Below, in pieces: positions 56,684-57,373 of a stretch of DNA of 57,373 bases. The position numbers and the translations under genes were made by a program. The notes beneath the pieces are model-generated. The model did no database searches. It was not told where the DNA came from and saw only the letters and a list, made by a program, of their open reading frames with translations. The DNA is from a virus, in the IMG/VR virus record IMGVR_UViG_3300037882_003154, positions 1 to 57,373 of that record; one strand, 5' to 3'. Position 1 is the stretch's first letter; every line of letters starts with the position of its first letter.

Positions 56684-57372
56684 TCTGGTCCTAATGTTCT
56701 GGGCTTATTATTTCTAACTTCGATCAAAAATTCTACAACCTCATCCTCCGCATATAGATATTTGATGGGATTGCCCCTATATTCCCAAAACCTTCGCATG
56801 GCTTGTGTATCATATCCACAGACCGCTCTAGGTTTAAATCTATTGTCCTCTGTATATGTACACAACATAGGACCGCTTCCTTTGCCAAGAATAGACTCAC
56901 ATTGATTGCTAATATGCGATAGTTCTATTAGGTTTTTATCCGAACAATCTATCACATTATTTTTTGATGGCGCTTTCGATGTACAGTAAAAATTAAATTC
57001 TGGAAATATATTACACAAATTTTCTATATCAAACTCAAAAGATGTTGGATGACTGCGCTGAACACCATTTTCTATATATATGCCCCTTCCGATAATTTTA
57101 ATATCGCACAAAACATTAAAATCTATCATTGGTACTTCTTTGTGATACAACTCTATACCAAGATTATATATTTTAGATTGTCTGTTAAATGTTTCGACTA
57201 TATTAATCCAATTGTGTTGATATTTAATATCTAAGTCTCTATATGTACCACAATGTGTATTAATTGGCATATATCCATTCGGACACAACCGAACTAAATC
57301 AATGGATAGTGGAAAATTCTCGTCTTCTTGTGATACTATGTGCTGAACAAACAAATCCTCATATAAATAGTA
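56680..57372 (-). CDS. Hypothetical protein (possibly glycosyltransferase-like), 5' end outside the window
   Basis: Frame is open to the window edge (...YYLYEDLFVQ); NLIELS.IS..C..ILGKGSGP resembles GT-B C-terminal motifs. Confidence 0.5.
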   Translation of the reverse strand, partial: YYLYEDLFVQHIVSQEDENFPLSIDLVRLCPNGYMPINTHCGTYRDLDIKYQHNWINIVETFNRQSKIYNLGIELYHKEVPMIDFNVLCDIKIIGRGIYIENGVQRSHPTSFEFDIENLCNIFPEFNFYCTSKAPSKNNVIDCSDKNLIELSHISNQCESILGKGSGPMLCTYTEDNRFKPRAVCGYDTQAMRRFWEYRGNPIKYLYAEDEVVEFLIEVRNNKPRTLGPE

Positions 57373-57373
57373 A

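Noticed and set aside
1-57373. Stop-codon reassignment
   Set aside because: Genes are intact and tightly packed under code 11, with TAA, TAG and TGA all used as stops

Overview
A 57-kb segment of a large, AT-rich tailed dsDNA phage genome, read in the standard genetic code. Bases 550-41786 (+) form a late arm: a sigma-like factor, a packaging module (putative TerS, gmd, HNH, ERCC4, TerL, portal), protease/scaffold, capsid, accessory virion proteins, neck, tail tube, chaperones, tape measure and tail tip. No sheath gene is recognisable, so the virion is probably siphovirus-like. Bases 41776-57373 (-) form a convergent arm: an SNase-like nuclease, an ~830-bp ORF-free gap, recombination/nuclease genes and a large sugar-biosynthesis/glycosyltransferase cluster. 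Highlights: (1) a candidate ~570-nt structured ncRNA on the minus strand at ~42285-42860, bounded by a -10 box and a terminator; (2) a recurrent GGTGTATT putative late-promoter motif plus its likely cognate phage sigma factor; (3) an inferred pathway for a branched 3,6-dideoxy sugar; (4) a Lys-Gln-ending LAGLIDADG intein inside the CxxxCxxC motif of a B12 radical SAM enzyme; (5) an ATA-initiated sugar kinase; (6) strong AGCCC/GGGCT enrichment with apparent absence of GGCC. All calls come from motif recognition by eye; no database searches or folding programs were run.
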